Source: Gammaproteobacteria bacterium
Lineage (GTDB): Bacteria > Pseudomonadota > Gammaproteobacteria > UBA4575
Direction: 5' to 3'
Assembly (NCBI GenBank): GCA_965221955.1
Contig: CBDCTA010000029.1
Coordinates: 416,001-480,000, forward strand
Length of the DNA stretch: 64,000 nucleotides
Under the pieces are notes generated by a model. The model had not been told where the DNA came from and ran no database searches. It saw nothing but the letters and a program-made list of their open reading frames with translations. Position numbers and translations under genes: made by a program. This document shows positions 59,340-64,000 of the stretch, piece after piece (within the stretch, counting starts at the first letter, position 1; the number at the start of each line of letters is the position of its first letter).

Positions 59340-59549
59340 ATGAATGATCCAACTTATAAGTATATTGACCTTGTAGGCACTTCTGGCGAAGGTATGGATG
59401 CTGCTATACGCAATGCTATTAAAAAAGCTTCACAAACTGTAAAGCATATACATTGGTTTTATATACATGACACACGTGGAACCGTTAAAGATGGTGAAGT
59501 GACATGTTTTCAGGTTACTATAAGAGCTGGTTTTAAAATCGAAGATTAA
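59340..59549 (+). CDS. Dodecin (flavin-binding protein)
   Basis: YKYIDLVGTS, AIRNAIKKASQT, WF, G.V...QVT...GF; AGGAGG RBS. Confidence 0.92.
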   Translation: MNDPTYKYIDLVGTSGEGMDAAIRNAIKKASQTVKHIHWFYIHDTRGTVKDGEVTCFQVTIRAGFKIED

Positions 59550-59679
59550 GGTTATTATTAAGCGCACTTGCAGCTAAGGCTAAAGGTTAAAATGCTGATT
59601 TAACTTTAACCAGAATGGTTTAGCCATAAATTTAATTAAAATAAAACTAATGCTCCCCTCTTACACAGGAGAATAAACT

Positions 59680-59943
59680 ATGCCTATTTATGCTGTTCAA
59701 CGTAAATTATCAGGGATAACAATGGAAGAACTTGGAAATGCTCAAAGAGCAGCTATTGATACCAGTAGCAAGTTTACTGAGCAAGGTACTCCGGTTAATT
59801 ATATACGCAGTAATTTTTATCCTAAAGATTGTAAATGTACTTGTTTATTTGAAGCGAATAGTGCTAGTGATGTACAAAAAGTTAATGAAGAGGCTTCATT
59901 ACCGTTTGAGACCATTGAAGAGGTTTTAGATTTAAATCCTTAG
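59680..59943 (+). CDS. DUF4242 domain protein
   Basis: MPIYAVQRKLSGIT, YIRSNF, CTCLFEANSASDV, LPFETIEE; AGGAG RBS. Confidence 0.8.
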   Translation: MPIYAVQRKLSGITMEELGNAQRAAIDTSSKFTEQGTPVNYIRSNFYPKDCKCTCLFEANSASDVQKVNEEASLPFETIEEVLDLNP

Positions 59944-59961
59944 TAAAAGGTTTTTAACTTA

Positions 59962-59991
59962 AATGTGTACTTTGGGTCGTTAGCAGTTCAT
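59962..59991. repeat. ~30-bp quasi-palindromic site, copy 4
   Basis: AATGTGTAC-TTTGGGTCGTTA-GCAGTTCAT; 22/27 identical to the reverse complement of copy 1; overlaps the fdhD stop codon. Confidence 0.65.
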
Positions 59992-60833
59992 TCTGTAGGC
60001 GGCTTTTTCGGGGTTTCATTAAATTCAATTTGTTCCTCACCATTGTAAACAAGGAATGCTTTGCCTTTTGCACGGGCGATCATTACTATCCCTAAGTCCC
60101 GTGCGAGTTCAAGGCCCATGTTGGTCACACCAGAGCGTGAAAGTAAAACAGGAATGCCCATGTTGGCGGACTTCATTACCATTTCTGAAGTTAAACGCCC
60201 GGTAGTGTAAAATATTTTATCGCCACCTTGCTGGTGTTCCAGCCACATCCAACCTGAAATGGCATCTGCAGCATTATGTCGACCTACATCTTCGACAAAT
60301 TTTAATATTTCTGTGTCTTTGCAAAGTGCACAGCCATGCACTGCACCGGCTTTTTTATAAATTTCGTTGTATTTTGTAATTGCTGCCAACAATTCATAAA
60401 TTTTGGATTGCTTGAGTAAAACTTTAGGAAGTTTTGCATCGTACAACTTATCTAAAGTACAGCTGAATACTGTACCTTGTCCGCAGCCTGAAGTGACAGT
60501 GCGTTTGCTAAGTTTTTCTTCCCAATCTGTGATTTCTTTTCCAGGTACGAGTTGCACATCCACGAGTTCTTTGTCCCAATCCACATTGACTGATTCAATA
60601 TCGGTAATATCTTCTAACAAACGTTGGTTGCGTAAATAGCCCAAAGCCAATTCTTCTGGGTGAGTGCCCAGCGTCATTAAGGTCACAATCTCTCGATCAT
60701 TCACTTTTAGAGTAAGGGGTGATTCTCCTGCAACGTGTACTTCTTTGTTTTCACCAAACTGATTTATGGCTTGCACAGCATGAGTAGGGGATAAACCCTG
60801 TTGTGAAAGTTTGGGTCGGTATGCTTTATCCAT
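59988..60833 (-). CDS. fdhD: Formate dehydrogenase accessory sulfurtransferase FdhD
   Basis: ESPLTL, VTSGCGQG, GAVHGCAL, EDVGRHNAAD, TTGRLTSEMV. Confidence 0.93.
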   Translation of the reverse strand: MDKAYRPKLSQQGLSPTHAVQAINQFGENKEVHVAGESPLTLKVNDREIVTLMTLGTHPEELALGYLRNQRLLEDITDIESVNVDWDKELVDVQLVPGKEITDWEEKLSKRTVTSGCGQGTVFSCTLDKLYDAKLPKVLLKQSKIYELLAAITKYNEIYKKAGAVHGCALCKDTEILKFVEDVGRHNAADAISGWMWLEHQQGGDKIFYTTGRLTSEMVMKSANMGIPVLLSRSGVTNMGLELARDLGIVMIARAKGKAFLVYNGEEQIEFNETPKKPPTE

Positions 60834-60849
60834 GTTTGCTTATCTATTT

Positions 60850-62202
60850 TTACAAGGCCTTTTCAATGGCTTCGCTTAGCTTATCTACAGCAATAATTTC
60901 TAAACCAGCAATTTTTTCTTTGGGTTTGTTTGCGCTTGGGATGATGGCTTTTTTAAACCCATGTTCTTTAGCTTCTTTTAAACGGGAGATACCATTAAAC
61001 ACAGGGCGAATTTCACCGGTTAGACCGACCTCACCAAAAACAATTAAGTTGCGGTCCAAAGCTTGGTCTCTGAAACTGGAATAGGCAGCGAGTAAAACAG
61101 CGAGGTCTGCACCGGTTTCTTTAAGTGAGACACCACCCACGATATTTACAAAGACATCTTTGTCATAAATGGCGATGCCACCATGCCGATGCAAAATAGC
61201 CAACAACATGGTTAAACGATTTTGTTCAATGCCAACCGTGACTCTACGAGCATGACCTGTAGGGTTGTCGTCCACGAGTGATTGGACTTCTAAAAGTAAA
61301 GGTCGCGTGGCTTCGCAGGTAACTGTAATTACACTTCCTGGTGTGTGTTCACTGCGCTGAGAAAGAAAAATCGCTGAAGGATTTTTTACACCTTTAAGCC
61401 CTGTGTCTTGCATAGCAAATACACCGAGTTCATTTACAGCGCCGAAGCGATTTTTGACTGCACGCAATACGCGGTAGCGTCCACCTTCATCTCCTTCAAA
61501 ATATAAAACGGTATCTACAACATGTTCGAGTACTCTTGGGCCTGCAATGGACCCATCTTTGGTAACGTGCCCTACAACAAACACTGTTGTGTTGGTTTGT
61601 TTGGCAAATTGCGTAATTTGATTGGCGCATTCGCGCACCTGTGAAACAGAACCAGCAGCAGAGGGTGTTTTTTCAGATGATAAAGTTTGAATGGAATCAA
61701 TTACCATAATGTTGGGGCGTTCTCGCATCGCATTCGCTAGAATTTCTTCTAAATTATTCGATGCGATGACACGCAATTTAGAATCTTTATAACCTAAGCG
61801 CTCTGCACGAAGTGCGACTTGTTGTAATGACTCCTCACCCGTTACATACAATGCGCGCTCACGATCCAGTGCGCTCAAGACTTGAAGTAATAAAGTGGAT
61901 TTTCCAATACCTGGATTACCGCCAACTAAAATAACCGAACCTGGAACGATTCCCCCGCCTAGAACACGATCGAGTTCAGAAAGAGGAGTTTTTACACGAA
62001 CATGTGTTTCGTATGTAATTTCATTAATACTTTGCACTTCGTTTTCTGCACCTGCCAGTGCAAAGGAACTGGATTTTTGTTTTTGAAAAACAGCGGCTTG
62101 TTTTTCAATGGAGTTCCATGCGCCACAGTCTGAGCACTGACCCATCCATTTAGAGAATAGGGCGGCACACTCTGTACACACATAGCTGAGTTCTTTTGCC
62201 AT
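60850..62202 (-). CDS. radA: DNA repair protein RadA/Sms
   Basis: Zinc finger CTEC..WMGQCSDCGAWN, GGNPGIGKST, KNRFG, Lon-like C-terminus GEVGLTGE. Confidence 0.97.
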   Translation of the reverse strand: MAKELSYVCTECAALFSKWMGQCSDCGAWNSIEKQAAVFQKQKSSSFALAGAENEVQSINEITYETHVRVKTPLSELDRVLGGGIVPGSVILVGGNPGIGKSTLLLQVLSALDRERALYVTGEESLQQVALRAERLGYKDSKLRVIASNNLEEILANAMRERPNIMVIDSIQTLSSEKTPSAAGSVSQVRECANQITQFAKQTNTTVFVVGHVTKDGSIAGPRVLEHVVDTVLYFEGDEGGRYRVLRAVKNRFGAVNELGVFAMQDTGLKGVKNPSAIFLSQRSEHTPGSVITVTCEATRPLLLEVQSLVDDNPTGHARRVTVGIEQNRLTMLLAILHRHGGIAIYDKDVFVNIVGGVSLKETGADLAVLLAAYSSFRDQALDRNLIVFGEVGLTGEIRPVFNGISRLKEAKEHGFKKAIIPSANKPKEKIAGLEIIAVDKLSEAIEKAL

Positions 62203-62260
62203 GAGTCTATTGTACTAGATCATGGAATTCGCTTGCGTTGCTCGAATGGGAGATCAGAAA

Positions 62261-63542
62261 TTAAGCAATTTGCTCATTATGTTGAGGTAATCTTGGGCTC
62301 ATGCGGACAGTGCGTACCGCATTATTTTGAATTTGTACGACTTCGATAGGATATCCATCAATGAGGACACTGGTGCCAGGTTCAGGGATGGATTGAAAGT
62401 GCTCTAAGATCAAGCCATTGATGGTTTTTGGTCCGTCTGCATGTAATTGCCAGGTTAAGGCTTTATTAATATCACGCACGTGCGCACCACCGTCTACAAC
62501 ATAGGTACCATCTTTTTGTGGATGTATTTCTACATCATAGGTTGCTGGGTCGTTGGTAAATTCACCCACAATCTCTTCTAATAAATCTTCTAGGGTGACC
62601 ATGCCTTGAATGTCTCCAAACTCGTCTACCACTAAACTTAAACGGCGTTTCTTGCCCTGGAATTCAAACAGTAATTTTTTTAAGTTCGTACCTTCGGGAA
62701 TAAAGTAAGGTTCACGAATTACTTTTTCTAAATCTTCCCGTTCTAAATCTTTATCAAGGATTTTTAATATGAACTTGCGTAAATGTAAAAATCCAACAAC
62801 ATTGTCGATGTTGTTGCGGTATACCGGCACGCGCGTATAAGAAATATTTTTTAATTGTGTGACGATATCATCCCAATCATCTTCTAAATCAATCCCGATA
62901 ATTTCATTTTTAGGGAATCATAATGTCTTCGGCGGTAATTTTTTCAAGATCAAGCACACCTAGTAACATTTGTTGATGTTCACTAGAGATTGTAGTGCCT
63001 TCATCGTTTACTGCAGTGCGCAATTCTTCATGTGATAAAGTTGTTAATACGTTTTCTTTTACATCAATTCCAAATAAGCGCAGTAGAGAATTGGAAAAGA
63101 AGTTTGTTATCCAAACGAATGGATACATGATATCTAGCAATGGCTTGTAAATTCGTGCAGCAGGCAGCGCTAATTTTTCAGAGTGTAAGGCTGCCAATGT
63201 TTTGGGTGTAAGTTCAGCAAAAATTAATATCGCAAATATTAAAATAAACGTTGCAATGGCAATTCCTACTTCGCCATGTAAACGATAACCAATGTATGCA
63301 GATAATTGAGCAATCAATATATTGACAATATTATTGCCAAGTAAAATTAAACCTATGAGTCGGTCAGGTTTTTCTAAAAGTTTTTGTGCTTGTTTGGCAC
63401 CATGATGACCATCATTTGCTAAATGTCGTAAGCGATAACGGTTCAAAGCCATTAACGCAGTTTCTGAGCCAGAGAAAAATGCGGAGAGAATAAATAAAAT
63501 GAACAACGCTATAAATAGCGTTCCTATCGAGTATTCGTCCAA
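62261..63542 (-). CDS. HlyC/CorC (CNNM-CBS-CorC) family membrane protein YfjD-like, with one +1 frameshift near 62912
   Basis: SAFFSGSETA, ILLGNN, ELTPKT, then CBS pair VVDEFGDIQGMVTLEDLLEEIVGE; removing one C in ATTCCCTAAA restores DIMIPKNEIIGIDL..YTRVPVY. Confidence 0.85.
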
Positions 63543-63602
63543 GGTCGGGTTGACCCTCCTGTAATAAAGATACGTCTATTAACTGCCGCAAGGAGGATTT
63601 TG

Positions 63603-64000
63603 TCAAGAGAGGGGTATGCTATCGACCCTATGCAGTAGTATTTCCTGGACAAACTTACTGCCTAAATAGGCCAAAATCAGAAACCCAAAGCCGCCAAGTG
63701 TCCAGCGGATGGCCATTTGTCCACGCCAGCCGTATTTCCAACGTCCCCAAAGTAGTGCTGCAAAAAGTATCCAGGCCAAAATAGATAATATGGTTTTATG
63801 TGCTATATGTTGTTCGAACATATTTTCTAAAAATAAGAAACCAGTAATCAGAGCAACTGAAAGCAGTATGAAACCAATGGTTATAGTTTGGAATAAAAAC
63901 TTTTCTGTTTCATGTAAGGGGGGTAGTGAACGTGTTAATCCTTCGAGCTCAGCATTGCGAAGATGTCGGTCTTGATTAAATAATAAAATTGATTGTATTG
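63603..64000 (-). CDS. Cytochrome c assembly (CcsA-like) inner membrane protein YpjD, C-terminal part
   Basis: Frame is open to the window edge: LPPLHETEKFLF, HKTILS, GRWKYGWRG, LAYLGSKFV; ypjD-yfjD order. Confidence 0.85.
   Translation of the reverse strand, partial: IQSILLFNQDRHLRNAELEGLTRSLPPLHETEKFLFQTITIGFILLSVALITGFLFLENMFEQHIAHKTILSILAWILFAALLWGRWKYGWRGQMAIRWTLGGFGFLILAYLGSKFVQEILLHRVDSIPLS

Noticed and set aside
59083-59991. A true integron cassette array
   Set aside because: No intI or attI, and only one attC-like candidate lacking L boxes; kept only as a structured-element finding
1485-63975. Numerous 60-180 aa ORFs antisense to or nested in recognised genes (e.g. 35757-36302, 23989-24318, 39705-40076, 60803-61084)
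   Set aside because: Shadow frames of well-supported genes, with no motifs or RBS

Overview
AT-rich gammaproteobacterial chromosome segment. The housekeeping backbone is secA(3' part)-argJ-mutT, zapD-coaE-pilD-pilC-pilB, pilA-pilR-pilS, sucCD-nadE, bamD, rluD-pgeF-clpB, proS, LysR-perM, bcp, dapA-bamC, dxs-ispA-xseB, rubrerythrin-FeS oxidoreductase-DUF3501, fdhD-radA-corC-ypjD(3' part). Three accessory blocks interrupt it. (1) A ~15 kb glycosylation island lies between pilA and pilB. It encodes a TfpW/TMTC-like GT-C enzyme, a DPM1-like GT2, DUF354, a complete pseudaminic acid pathway (pseB, pseC, pseF, fused pseG-pseH, pseI), a second atypical NeuB, a decayed third neuB fragment, a candidate nonulosonate transferase, Wzx and a GT4. 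(2) A truncated-globin pair, including a group I + group II two-domain fusion, is bracketed by ~30-bp AATGTCCGC-N12-GCGGACATT quasi-palindromes. (3) An island encodes an FNR-type regulator with a predicted sigma54 promoter, a DmoA-like (dimethylsulfide monooxygenase) flavin-dependent monooxygenase, dodecin and DUF4242, and ends in another copy of the same ~30-bp site. pilB carries many single-base insertions and corC carries one; both may be sequencing errors. No rRNA, tRNA, CRISPR array, integrase or transposase was recognised. All family assignments come from motif recognition and recall, not from database searches.
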